Of a stretch of 64,000 nucleotides of DNA, positions 51,001 through 64,000 are shown in pieces. The stretch is from Azolla caroliniana. Taxonomy: Eukaryota; Plantae; Polypodiophyta. Position numbers and translations under genes: made by a program. Each line of letters opens with the position of its first letter. Positions within the stretch are counted from its first letter, which is position 1. The stretch covers positions 15,066,001 through 15,130,000 of the forward strand of contig JBHGNT010000008.1 in the NCBI GenBank assembly GCA_043228905.1, read 5' to 3'. Under the pieces are notes generated by a model. It was not told the DNA's origin. It worked only from the letters and a program-made list of their open reading frames with translations, and did no database searches.

Positions 51001-54000
51001 ACTTCGCAACTCATCATGATGTATATTAACGTCAATCGGGGCTCGTGGCTGAAAATCATACATCAATATAAAAGGACTATATCCCGTTGACGTATGCTTG
51101 GAGTTGTTATAAGCAAACTCTAGAACTAGGAGATAACGTTCCCATTTTGTTGGTTTTGTACCAACATAAGCTCGAAGTATGTCCTCAATAATTTGATTTA
51201 CTCGTTCTGTTTGTCCATCGGATCGAGGATGATCCGTGGAGCTCATCCTCAACGTAATTTCTAACTTCTTAAAGACTTGCGTCCAGAAGTCACTAGTAAA
51301 TTTAGGATCTCGATCACTCACGATATCCATCAGTAACCCATAAAAACGAAATAACTCGTTAACGAATTGGTAAGCAAATTCAGGAGCTATTACCGTCGTT
51401 TTAGTAGCAATAAATATGACCATTTTAATTAGTCTATCAACCACAACCTAGATGGCATCATGGCCTTTTTGGGTGTGAGGAAGGCTAACAATAAAATCCA
51501 TGGATATACTTTCCCAATTATTATTGGGAATGTCCAAGGGATGTAAAAGTCCTACGGCTCTAAGTCGCTCGGCTTTGTTAACCTAACAATGGTAACATTT
51601 AGTCACATAACTATGTATGTTAGGGCGCATCTTAGGCCAATAGAATTGAGTGGAGATAAGAACGAGTGTACGATGTATTCCAGGGTGCCCTGTTGAGGGT
51701 GCTTCATGGCATTCAAAACGAATTCTCTTTTTGACCTCAGGCAAATCTGGAACACAAACCTTCCCATTACGATAGAGCAGACCATTAGCAATGTGGAACT
51801 ATTCCTTCGAGGATGTGGTGGTGTCTGTTCTGGACTCAACTCTTGCCCAGTATTTCGCAAAATAACTGTCATCAAGATACTTTCCTCGAAGGTGATCATA
51901 ATGTTCTTATGTTATTTCAGTGAAGCTAAGCATGTTAACTTCACGGATGCGACTTAGTGCACCAAGGACAATGTTCATGGAACCTTTACAATATCGTATG
52001 GAAAAATCAAAGTCCGGGATGAGATCAGCCCATCGTGCCTTACGACCTTTCAGGTCTTGTTGGTCACAAAAATATTTCAAGGACTCGTGGTCCGTAGTTA
52101 CCACAAAGCGATTTCCATAAAGATAATGATGCCATGTTTTGAGCGCATGTATAACTGCAAATAACTTCTTTTCTTGAACGGTATACCGACATTGAGCAGA
52201 ATCAAGTTTCGTACTCTCGAATGCTATTGGTTTACCATCTTGATATAAGACAACACCTATAGCATACTTGCTTGCATCGGTTTCAACCTCATAAGGTTTT
52301 GAAGGATCGGGTAAAAGAAGTGAAGGAGCCTTGCACACCAGGTCCTTGAGTTCCTTAAAGGTGACGTCTAGTGTAGCATTCCAGACAATAGGTTTTGTAG
52401 ACTTACGCGTTTGAGCTTTTAGAAGATCAGTAAACGACGTTGTCAATTGGGAGTAATTACGAAGGGATTTTCGCAAAATGTCAACAAAACCAAGGAATAA
52501 TCGAACTTCTCGAATATTCCAAAGAGTGGGTCAAAGCTTTGATTTTCTCGATGCGAGAAGGATCAATTTCAACTCCTCGTTCAGTTATGAGATGTCCAAG
52601 ATAAGTAACTGATTTCTTGAAGAACTCACATTTTCAGATCTTCGCATAAAATTGTTTGTCACGTAATGTTTGTGAAACAAAGCAGACATGTTTAGCATGT
52701 TCTTGTAATGTACGGCTATAAACTAAAATATTAACGAAGAAAATAACGACAAATTTTCCAAGTTGTTCTCGGAAAATTAGCTGAAGCATTGGTCAAACCA
52801 AAAGGCATAATGAAAAACTCATAATGGTCATAGCGTGTACAAAATGCCGTTTTAGGAACATCCTCCTCACTTATATTACGTTTAGGAGGTAACCCATCAA
52901 GTAGTTCACTCGGATTGTTTTTTTACACATTGAATAAAATGAGTACAATCGTTTAGTACAAAAGTTATTGAATGATGAACCCAATCAATAGATAAAGAAG
53001 AGTTTTTATTATAGAACCGGGGATAACCCAATATTACATCGGTGGTACAAAGATTCATTACATGGAAGTCTACTTCCTCTATATAAGTATCAATAGAAAT
53101 TCCTAATGAATGAATCGCCACATTGACGTATTGTACTCTTCCATCAACCAAGTGCACCGTATAGGTGTGATCACTTACAGTGGGTTGGATTCCCCATATC
53201 TGAACCAAACGATCATTTACAAAGTTGTGTAAGCTTCCCGAATCAAACAAAACTTGTACGGGAGATCCATTGATATACCCATTTGCACGTAGTAAATCAT
53301 TGTGACCCAATATATAGTGAGGAAAAGAACATTGACAATTACTTAAATGATGTGTATAGACCTAAAGAACATTAGGAATCTGACCTTTATGGTCTGCAGC
53401 TTTAGCTTTGCTGTCGTGCTATTTCCATTGGAGCATTCGACATTATTCTTTTGTATGACTCTTCTTTTTGCAGAATACACAAAAAGGATGTTGTCTCTTA
53501 CAATCGTGATCCATGAATTCGTTGGGTGTCTTGCGTTTCCCAACAAATTGCGACTGCTTAGTCCCGGGTGCTTCGTTGGGTTTGTTGTGGTCCTTCTTCA
53601 AAGTGTGTTGATAGCGAAGAACTATTTCAACGACCTCTTTGAAGGATTTTGGATCCTTATCATGCACTATCCAGTGATAGTCCGAATTGGGGATGTCGTT
53701 GACAAAACAAGCTATCAACCAATTGTCCCATTCTAGACCCGACTTTTGGATTTGGGTTCTAGCATGGTGCACATAATCTTCTAGCGAGGAAAATTTCTGG
53801 CTAGAGAGGTTCATTCAAGCTTGTGCTGCCTCGGTTCGAGAGGGAGGTTGTAGAAATTGGCCCTTGAAAACTGTGACAAAATCTGTCCATGTATCGGGAA
53901 ATTTCCCCAAACTATGGAGCCCACACCACCAAACGGCGGCCTTACCCCCTAGTTCTCGGGCGACATATGCAATCTTTGTACTATCTGGCGTGGGATAGAG

Positions 54001-54428
54001 CTCAAAATGAGACTCCCATCGGCCCAACTATGTGTAGATTGCTTCATTAGCTAAGGGCGTTGGCTCACTGGTCTTGCGTTGGCCCACATCAGTATGGTGT
54101 GGGACCTAACTTTCTCAAGGATGCCATTCATATCTTTACATATCCATTTGAATACATCGTTGAATTTGAGGACAAATACCAAGGAAGTTTATTCTTTCAG
54201 ATGGAGGTCCATGGTATGAAAACTGGTTTGGGAGTTTTAGTGTCACCGAGGTTGACTTCTTTGGCTTTGGTTTGCCCATCATAAGTTGTGCCTGACATGG
54301 TCATCGTTGTCGCTAAAATTCCGCGTGCGTGTGTCGCTCGAACAGGACCGCCGAGGCCTTGGACCGGGGAGACACAAGGGGTGAGGAAGTGAGAGATTAT
54401 GATGTCAACAATTAGGCTTTAATACCAC
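48033..54428 (-). mobile_element. Degenerate Ty3/gypsy chromovirus G
   Basis: PBS-like TGGTATTAAAGC at ~54416-54427, gag ~54300-53400, protease LFDSGS, RNase H ETDASKYAIG, integrase and chromodomain (ERILDVK...IKW...ATWE), PPT 50434-50445, 3' LTR starting at 50432 with unclear left limit. Part of the RT is deleted. Confidence 0.8.
48250..49713 (-). mobile_element. Internally deleted copia (relative of element A)
   Basis: TSD GGAGA, 5' LTR 49267-49713, iMet PBS, gag 49097-~48500 joined directly to a partial 3' LTR 48250-~48490. Confidence 0.9.
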
Positions 54429-56827
54429 TATTTCGGTGGGTTTTTTTACATCGAATTGGTTTCATGATTAATAAAAATAGTTATGAATCAAAACGGGTTT
54501 TTATTTTCGTTAGAATTGCTAGGCTTGACACCATGACTTAGGGGTTTTTTACAACAATGGGTTATGAGATTATCAAAGGCTAAAATAATCTAGCGAAGAC
54601 GAGTCTAGTGGGCTCCGAGCTCGACTACTTTCAACGGCTATGTTACCTCGATTCGGAGTAGCCCTCGTGCCACTACAACCTCCCTTCCACAATCGGTCAC
54701 TGAGTTGACCACCACCGAGATGCCGAAAAAGCCATTGTTTAAGAAATCCAAACCCTAAAATCTCGAGTAAGAAGTATAATAGGAGCAAAACTCACAAACC
54801 CTAAAATCATATGTCCTCTAGTAGAAAGAAGCTCTCAAACCCTAACCCTAGAAGGAAAAGATAAAAGACAAAGTGATAAGGAGAAAGGGAGGCTGCCAAA
54901 CCCTAACCCAAGAAGAAGAGGAGAAGATGAAGCCCTAGTGGTACACCCCTAGAAGACAAAATGGGCGACCCAAAAATAAGCCCTATCCCTCCTCTCTTAT
55001 AGACGAAAGAGGAGCTTATTTTAACATTACATGCTTTTTGGTATTTCCTTTATCACAAAAATGGAAGGGGAGCAAAATTCTCCTTGATTTGTAGCAAGAG
55101 AGACTTGAACATTACACCTCTCTACAGATACTTATAAACCTTAACCATTAAGCTACTACAAGTCATTTATTACTTATTTGTTTATTTCTCTATTTATACA
55201 TTATTTCATGAGATGTGCGTGGAACCTCGCTTTTTCTCACACTGCACACGCCACACCATGACATCGTGTGTCGCTAGAGTGAGTGCCTTGTTCATATAGT
55301 TGGAAATGGGCGGGAAAGATAACTTTCTTGAGAGGCGATGATCTTTATGTGTGTATGTTGGTATGTTGGGGAGATTTTTTGATGTTTGTTCACCAGTGGA
55401 ATGCAATTTTTACTATGGATGAGCGTTAGGTTTCAGCCAACCATTTCTCCTTCGTACAGTGGAGTTGTGTGGGGCATGTGGCATCATAATGTATTTCCTC
55501 TTCTTTATCAAGAATGGTAATTGTGAGGGGGTTAAAATTGAAACACACAATGGTAAATTCTCATTATTGTCGCGACAATGTGTTCCAATGGGATACATAA
55601 TATCAACCGTGGCTAGCGCATGTACCTAATTCATATATGAAGAGGTGGAACCAATGGACTTAGCCTTGGCATGGTTTAGGATCCAAGGGTTGGTACCTCA
55701 AGGAGGGTTGTCCTCTTGCCAAGATCTTCGGAATTTTTGTTGCGGTGGCAAGCGAGGAGGTTTGTGTCAAACTTGGTGGTCTCTGACAAGTTATCTATGA
55801 GTGAGAGTGGGCTTCCTTCTTGTTCGTGGACCTTTTCTGTGTAGACTTGGATTTTCAAGGTCTTTCTTGCTTTGCACATGTAGATACATCACGAAATTTA
55901 CTTACTCAAGGCAAGGTCACCTGAGTAAACACTCATAGGCAATGTGGTTAATGGATTTTGTGATAACAACATGAGATTTCATTCCTGAAATCCATGACTA
56001 ATCTACTTACTCGAATGCAAGGTTGCCCAATTAAACACTCGTAGGCAACGTGGTTAGTGAGGCTTGTGATAACAAACGTGAGAGAAAATTCAATGCTATA
56101 TGTCATGAAGTTATGAAGGGGCACCATACCTTCCAGTTGCTATATAGACTCGTTTACTATTGGTTGCCTTATGGGGTTAGGAACATTTTCAAGCTACCCC
56201 ATGTCCACAATCATGCCTATTGATTCTTACACATGTTCCTGTGTTGTTTATGGTTGGAGTAGTTATGTTATTGACACATATAGGGAGGGTGAAGCTTGTC
56301 TCATTAGTCTCAAAATGAGCTCCAAATGTGTTGCTTTTGTGACCTGGTTGACGATGTCGATATTGAGCAAATTCGAGAGAGCCCACTATTTAGTGTTTGG
56401 AGAACAACCAAGGTTGAGGGTTGATTTCTAACAATTGTTTTATTGTATGCTCAACCTTTTTAGAAACGATCTTCTTCAAACCCGAGCTAGTTTTTGTGGG
56501 GGCACCTATTGAGTAATACACCTTCTATAGAGTGAGTTTCACCTTAAGTGCTAATTTTCGTTGTAGTAATGCCATGTTGACCTCTTTGTTACTCTACGTA
56601 GCAGTGAGTTATTGGTGATGGTGGCTATATGTTGCCTGAGGGTTGCTTCATTGATCCAATAGCCGGATTGGCTGAAGTTCAATCTTGGGAGGCTTGGTGC
56701 TTGTTCTTCTAGTTGTTGGAGCACTTGTACTCCTCTACTTGTTTCTTTACTTTGATGGGGTTAGGGTAAATGGTGAGGTGTGCGAGTAATCTTTCCGTTG
56801 TGTCTTGAATAGGAAATCCTATCACGT

Positions 56828-57433
56828 TGTCATATTGTACTTCGTACACTACGTGAAAAATGTACAGAGTACCCAGTTGAATAAGTACGAGGAAAAAGGA
56901 GAAATATATTAAAATGCATGTTACATGCACAAGGCAAGATTTGAACCTTGTACCTCCATATTAACAATCCCAACCCCTTACCTTTGTCATTATTAATTAT
57001 AGATTTAGTTTGTATAAGATATCCTCACGTGCAAATTTTAGGAAACTTACTCATGCATGACTATTGTGCATGAGTACTATAGTTAGACAAAGCTACTCAT
57101 GCACAACTAGTGTGCGTGAATACTAAAGTAAGAAAAAGCATGATGCTTTCCATAGGGTAAGTTATACTTATCCTCCCCCATCATTATATAAGATGGGGAG
57201 TAAAATGTAATTGGGGGATTGATAAATTTTGAGGTAAAATTCTTGGGTATTATTAGGGTTTTAAATATTCATTAATAAAATACATTATACTTATTGGATT
57301 CAAGCATTTTCTATCTCTCTCTCTTTCAATCTATTCATGTTCTGATTTGTGTTAAAATTCTTCTCCTCCTAGTCCAAAACCTCGTTAGTTTCCACCCGAC
57401 TCACACAACAATTAGGCGCCGAAATGCACGACA
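56828..57433 (+). mobile_element. Solo LTR related to the 942-4600 family
   Basis: TGTCATATTGTACTTCGTACACTACGTGAAAA ... CACCCGACTCAC ... GCACGACA, with perfect 4-bp TSD ACGT. Confidence 0.9.
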
Positions 57434-57688
57434 ACGTTGTCATTTTCGGAGTTGTTATTGTGGGAGGCTAGTTCTGATTACTTCATTAACCTCATTTTCT
57501 CTAGCTTCCTTTTCCTTTGTTGTGTAGTTTCGGCCCCCTTCTCTTGACTGTTAAGGTTGTGAGAAATTTCTTTGGGCACACGTGATGAAGTGCGCTCCGA
57601 TTGTTGATGGGACGACTGATCATAAATTTTTGCTGACTCTCTTCTTTTTCTCGATATACTGAGGCACTAGATGTTCTAGTTCACATCC

Positions 57689-58386
57689 TAGACATGAAGC
57701 TTGTTACGAGCATGACCATAAATTATGATGAGATTCGAATCATTGATCTGGAAAGAAAAGGAAAATGCTGAAATACACAGCTCAGAAACACAGAGAAACA
57801 GTGTACACAAATTTAACGTGTAAACCCTAGAACAGGAGAAAACCACGAAAAACAAAGTTTCCACTATACACAAGAGAATAAGAAAAAGGTTACAATCTTC
57901 TCTGATACACATAAAGGATAACCCGCTTAAGGTTCTTAGCAAGTTCATTGAGCTTTGTTGCCACTCTCTGTCACGTTGACACACTCTCTCTTCTCTATCG
58001 TGCTCACATATAGAGGCTCACACTATTCTGTTCTTACTCTTGTTCTACTTCTGTCATGTTTGCCCTAAGTGTATTTATACTAATACACAAAATGTCTTAT
58101 TTACAATCATGGCCATTATTATTATCTAAACAATAATAATAGTCTTACTAATCAACCGACTCATCCATCGATTGTCGGGTCGGTCTGACTAGTCGACCTG
58201 GTCATTGACCATCCGGTTGGCCCGACTAGCTAGTTGTCTTGTCAACTCTCAAAAAGTCGACTCCTCGACTGTCGGGTCTCTCTATCTTCGACAGTCGGTT
58301 GCTCCTTGTCTTCGACTGTCGGCTCTCTCCGAGCAGTTGGCTCCTCCCATTGGAGGGACATATTCCTAACAAACTCCTCCTTCACT
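57689..58386 (-). mobile_element. 3' LTR plus PPT of a copia related to element B
   Basis: GGAGGGACATATTCCTAACA followed by AACTCCTCCTTCACT, and GTTTGCCCTAAGT, shared with the element B LTR. Left boundary approximate. Confidence 0.7.
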
Positions 58387-58514
58387 ACAGTGGGTTGGAC
58401 CTGGTCTCTTCTGTCGACAAACTGTAAATCTGTCGATAGGGAGGTTCTTCGTGAGCATGGCGGTTCCATTGTCGTTGGTATGTATCTTTGAGAGGGAAAA
58501 CTCACCTTCGTCTA

Positions 58515-61500
58515 TGTCGAGAGACAAGCTCAACATCGGCCGGATCGGCTGGGCAAGCCGAGGATTGGATCGGTTGGGACCGATTGGTTAGGCCAGATCG
58601 GTTGGAAATAGGTACGCAGACTAGTGCGTAGGAAGGTTGTATTGGTGCGTAAACCGAAAGGCCGTTAGACAGATATTCCTCGTAGGGAATATTCCTCGTC
58701 GAGGCTCGTTTATGAGCAGTCAAGTACTGTCAGTACTTGTGTCAGCCCATTGTCATGGCTTGTATAAAAGGTGCTCACTGAGCACGATGTATGCACAGAG
58801 TAATAGTTTTTGAATTGATTTTTTCTGGTGTTTACTCTCTATCTCTATCTCTCCCGTGCGTATTGTGCAAATCTAAGCTTTCCATTAAACCTGCGTTTTC
58901 GGTTATTCGGTTTCCTATATTGCTTCCGCACGCCATTCTTTTCATGGTATTAGAGCGCGAGGGTTGAAAACCTTTACAATCAACTTTACTTGAAGGAAAA
59001 ACCAACGAAGAAGAACAAGCAAACCGATGGACAGAGGAATGGCTAGCTCGCTTCCGACGGAGAAGCTCGACCGAACCAACTACACATCTTGGTCCTACAA
59101 GATGCACCAGTACCTACTTGGGCATGGTTACTGGAGCTATATCGATGGAGCGAATGACACGACACCCGAATCAACACACAAAGAGTTCCCGGCATGGGAA
59201 CAATCGGCGAGCAGAGTGTTGTACTATTTCGCGTCTTGTGTGGGCGAACAACTATTAAGCTACGTTCGGGATGCAAAAACGCTGAAGGGTGCGTGGGAAA
59301 ATCTGAAGAAAATCTTCACCGCGAGCACCACAACCGATAAACTTCAGCTCCGATAGGAGTTGAGCAACCTATGACAACGCGACTTGTCGGTGGCTGACTA
59401 TACCTCGAAGATCAAGGACATATGCGACTCCTTACCTTCCATTGATGTAAACATCGAGGAAAGCGAGATGGTCCAGGTCTGTCTCGGGGGTTTGACGTCG
59501 AAGTTCGGGGCGTTCCGAACTGTTGTTTATACCCGGGAGAATACGTTGTCCTTTTTTGACTTACAGTCAATGCTCCTGGTAGAGGAGAATCACGAGGGTG
59601 CGTCAACGAGCACGCACACCGAAAACAAGATGATGTACACGGAGGGAGATAGGCCCCGTGGACGTGGAGGACGAGGCGAGTCGGTGCGCAATGGAGGCGG
59701 CCAACGAGATCAAGGAAGGAGGCACCGAAATGATTCCAACAGCAATTCCGGACCCTCCGGAAATAGGGGGAGTCGAGGTGATGAGAACCGGCAAGGGAAA
59801 TCCACCGCAGAATGTTGGTACTGTGGCAAGAAAGGCCACAGGGAGAGCGAGTGTTGGAAAAAGCACGCCGAGTCGGAGAGAACCGGTTCCGGATCTGGTT
59901 CCGGACATACTGACAAAGGAAACCGACAGCGATAGCAGTACGCTGAAGGATCCGGAGAAGCCAGAAAAGAGTCAGTCTTCGTGACGAGACACGAAGCAAA
60001 CTCAATGAAGTAGACCACCCCAAAAGCGGACGAGGTGTGGTACGTCAACTCCGACACATCAAATGACATGACGAGCCATAAGGAGTGCTTCTCGTACCTA
60101 GAAAAACTGATGCAACCGGGAGTAGTCGCAACCGGAGACGACACTCCGCATCCGATCGCGAATGTCGGAGAAGTTCCCTGAGCCATGTCGGGCAGAAAGG
60201 GAAACTCATGAACGTATTACACATTCTGACAATCACGAAGAACTTGGTGTCGGTCGGACAGATCGTCGACCAAGGGATGGAGGTTCGGTTTACACACCTC
60301 AGGTGCTTCATTGAGGAAGAAGGCCGTGTTATTGCGCAAGGGCGCAAAGATGGGAGGATGTTCATCCTCGACCCTACTGACGGTGGCACTACAATGTTTG
60401 CGAAGGGCCAAAAAGTCGAGTCGGACATCGACTTATGGGACAAGCGGATAGGCCACGTCAACTACCAGCGGCTTCAAGACCTGCAATCGAAACAAGTGGT
60501 GTTCGGATTGCCCAAATTTAGTGGCCGGAAGGCACAAATTTGTGAAGCCTGCCAACTTGGGAAGCAACACCGAATTCCTTTCCCCAACGAGCATAACCGG
60601 AGCTGGAACAAGCTAAACTGGATACACTCAGATGTGTGGGGGCCGGCAAAAAACGTTAGTCTTGGCAGGAGCCAATTTTTCGTCTCCTTCATCGACGACT
60701 ACACGCGGCACACGTGGATCTACCTCATTGAGAGGAAAAGCGAAGTCTTCGACTCTTTCCGGGACCTCAAAGGGTTCATGGAAATGGAAACAGGAAGAAA
60801 CATCAGGTGCCTGCGGTCAGATGGCGGAAAAGAATACTTTTCCGGTCAATTCAACGGTTATCTACAACAGATGGGAATTCGGCCCGAATTTAGTTGTAGA
60901 TACACGCCGGAACAATACAACGTGGCCGAGAGGAAAAATCGGTCGGTTGTGGAAGTGGCACGGGCAAGGCTAAAGGAGAAGAGCTTGCCCAAGTTCTACT
61001 GGGCTGAGGCAGGACGAACCACGGTATACATCCAGAATCGGATCGGAGAAAAGGTGTCGGATTACGGCACGAATAGGAACGAGTCGGATCGACGCAAATC
61101 CGACTTCGAGGGAAGTGACAATGGGTCTTCGAGACCGAAGTCCACATTAGCCAAGAAAGCCTCAACAATGGCTGATGAGCAATTACGCCGATCTACCTGC
61201 CAGAAGAACCCAGTTGTGCGGTTCAGATACAACAAGTACATGGCGCATCATTGTGCGTACATGACCCGTGTAGCGCAAGTGCGATAGCTAGAGAGCTACG
61301 CAGAAGCGGCTAAGGACGCGAGTTGGTGCGCCGCAATGGAGGAAGAGATGCACGCATTGGCGAAAAAGGAGACTTGGGACCTGGTTGACGCACCAAAGGG
61401 TGTGAAGCCGATCGGATGTAGGTGGGTGTACAAGGTCAAGTACAACATTGACGGCTCGGTCAACCGATACAAGGCCTAGTTAGTAGCTAAAGGCTACGCG

Positions 61501-63651
61501 CAGAAACACGACATCGACTACGATGAGAAGTTTGCGCCGGTCGCGAAGATGACGACCATCCATGTTTTGCTCGTGGTAGCTGCGGCAAAGGGGTGGTAAT
61601 TACATCATATATATGTAAAGAATGCGTTCCTGCAAGGTGAGCTTGAGGAATAGGTGTACATGGTATAGCCCCCCGGATTTCACTCTAGAAAACGAACACG
61701 TCGGCAGTGTGCCGATTGAAGAAGTCCCTTTACGGAATGAAGCAAGCCCCGCATGCCTGGAACACGAAGATCAGGACAACTGCGTCGGATGGGCTTTGCA
61801 ACGTCAAAATGGGACTCTTCCCTGTTCATCCGGAAAGGTCGACTTAGTCTAGTCAGTGTTCTACTATATGTTGATGACTTGGTCATCACTGGCGCCGACC
61901 TAGGTGAAATCTACCGCGTGAAGCTCAGCTTGCGGCATCGTTCGACATGAAGGATCTGGGGGATCTTCATTACTTCCTCGGGATCGAAGTGATCCGTTCC
62001 CCCGAAGGCATATTGATCAGCCAAACCATTACGCGTTGAATATGGTCTTCAAATTCGGGATGGCAGACTGTAAGTCCGTCTCGACTCCTCTGGATAGAAC
62101 CGTCAGGCTTCGCCCCAATACCGGAGAGGTATGCAACCCGACGAGGTTCCGAAAAATTGTCGGAAGCCTTATCTACTTGACAATCACCCGACCCGATCTC
62201 AGTTATCCGGTTGGGGTGATCAGTCAATTTATGGCGCGACCTACTGAAGAGCACCTTCAATGTGCGCAACGCGTACTGCGGTACGTAAGCGGTACGTAAG
62301 CGGCACTAAGTGTTCTCTCTTGGGAGTGTCGTGATAGCGTGGAGTCGCAAGAAGTAACTGACAGTTGCACTGTCGAGCACCAAAGCCGAGTATAGAGGAA
62401 CAGCTGTCGCGACATGCGAAGCAATATGGTTGAAGCGGCTACTTAAGGATCTGCAGGTGGAGGTGTCCGATCCGACGACGATCTACTGCGACAACCTCAG
62501 CAGCATCTAGCTCACGAAGAACCCCGTCTTCCATGCACGGACCAAGCACATTGAGGTGCACTACCATTTTGTTCGTGAGCGTGTCCTTTCTAGTGAAGTC
62601 GAACTTTAGTATGTTCCGACGGATCGGCAAACCGCCGACATCTTCACCAAGCCTTTTGGTCTAGACAAGTTGCGGCAATTCTCGGGTGCGCTTGGGTTGC
62701 GTCACCTCAACGTGCCGAATTTGAGGGGGAGAGACGTCCCAGATGAAAGGGAGTAGGAAAGGAGCGGAAAAGATAGTAGCGTCGAGTCGGATGACGAATT
62801 CGACTTCGGATCGGCTGAAGAAGCCGAGGGTGGATCCTCGGATGAGTCCGAAAGCGGACATAAGGGGAGCAGCAGGAAGAAAGAGCCAAAGCCAACCAAG
62901 CATGGGGGAGATGACATCGTCAAGGGCAAGAAGACCAAAGACGAGTTGGAGACAGCCAACTCAGATGAGAGCGAAAACCGATCGGAGGTAGCCGAGTCGG
63001 TTTGGATGTTTGATTCAGATACACTGAATCAACCGAGGGCCAACCGGAAAAGAAGGCAGCAGGAGAAGCGCCAACACCGCGACAACAAGGGAGCTGTGAA
63101 GGGCCATGGGAGCAGACAAGCCGACCGGAAGGGTTGAAGCGCGCGGAGTCGGACAGGCCGAGGAGCGCGAGCGAGGCGTGGTGCCAGGAGAAGCCGGAGC
63201 GTAGAACCGGCAGAGCAGGCGGAACCTCAAGTTGAGCTTGAGGGGGAGTGTTGAGAGACAAGCTCAACATTTGTGCATAATACGATGCGTAACTAGTGCG
63301 TAGACTGGGTGCGTAAACTCGGTACGCATAACATGGTTGTAGCGGTGCGTAAACCGCGAGGCCGTTAGAAAGATATTCCTCGTAAGGAATAGTTTTGGGA
63401 GTAAGTGTCGAGGCTCATTTATGAGCAGTCAAGTACTGTTAGTACTTGTGTCAACCCGATTGCTAGGGCTTGTATAAAAGTGCTCATTGAGACAATCGTA
63501 TGTACAGATTGAGTATTATTTTTTAATTAAGTTCTTGTGCCTACTCTCTCTCTATCTCTCTCGTGCGTACTATGCAAACCTAAGATTTCCATTAAACCTA
63601 CGTCTTCTGTTGTTCTGTCTCCTATATTGCTTCCGCACGACATTCTTTTCA
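58515..63651 (+). mobile_element. Ty1/copia element I with diverged LTRs
   Basis: LTRs 58515-58944 and 63249-63651, PBS TGGTATTAGAGC, PPT 63238-63248; no matching TSD. Confidence 0.88.
59027..62760 (+). pseudogene. copia gag-pol of element I
   Basis: [48 protein letters not shown]; deletions near 61060 and 62310. Confidence 0.93.
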
Positions 63652-64000
63652 ATGATGAGAGAAAGAAAAAAGATAGAGAAGAGAAAAGGAAGATAAAAGA
63701 ATACTTCAATATACTATTAGGAAAACAATACAATCCTCTTAGACTCCAAAAGTAACAACCCCAAATACCTACTTCAATATACTATTAGCCGAAATAGTCT
63801 TTCCTTCTTCTCTCTTTCTTCAACTAATCTTCTTCTCACTTCTTCTAATCGTCTTCTTCTTTCTCACTTCTTCTTCCTCACTTCTTCTTCCTCACTTCTT
63901 CTTGTAGATCTTCTATCCCTCCTTGTAGATATTCTACTCTTCCTCCTCCCTTTTGCTAAGAATACCCTCATATTTATAGGTTTTTAGTTGCGTTATTCTT

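Noticed and set aside
54430-55263. 5' LTR of chromovirus G and telomere-like AACCCTA repeats
   Set aside because: LTR-like, but I could not match it to the 3' LTR ending at 50432. The AACCCTA motifs are scattered telo-box-like words, not a telomeric array.
55264-56827. Possible host gene or LINE remnant, with a ~107-bp duplication near 55900-56075
   Set aside because: No sustained ORF or recognisable motif; left unassigned.
63652-64000. CTT-rich repeats and a minus-strand TATA
   Set aside because: Probably the edge of another LTR, but cut off by the window end and unverifiable.

Overview
Eukaryotic, gene-free, heavily nested transposon pile. The mix of Tcn1-like self-primed chromoviruses, tRNA-Trp-primed Gypsy elements with 4-bp TSDs and Ty1/copia elements suggests a non-seed land plant such as a bryophyte or lycophyte (inference). 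Most of the window is degenerate LTR retrotransposons: at least five copia elements or fragments, four gypsy elements, two non-autonomous LTR elements and solo LTRs. The standout is a TIR-bounded DNA transposon (4705-25167, 4-bp TGAA TSD, about 9.2 kb once nested inserts are removed). It carries two divergent genes. One is a DUF7869/Sola-like DDD transposase. The other, not visible in the ORF track, is a six-exon gene (10133-5916, minus strand). When spliced by hand it gives a ParB/Srx-like domain fused to a bacterial-type beta-class N6-adenine/N4-cytosine DNA methyltransferase (DIPY ... DPFSGTGTT). Intron 1 of that gene holds an array of palindromes spaced 51 bp apart. A second, left-truncated and diverged copy of the transposon (39926-48032) keeps the palindromes, the first exon, the TATA box, the transposase and the right TIR. 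All coding regions examined are pseudogenised in this copy, mostly by stops explainable as C-to-T changes. Family assignments come from motifs read by eye, not from database searches.
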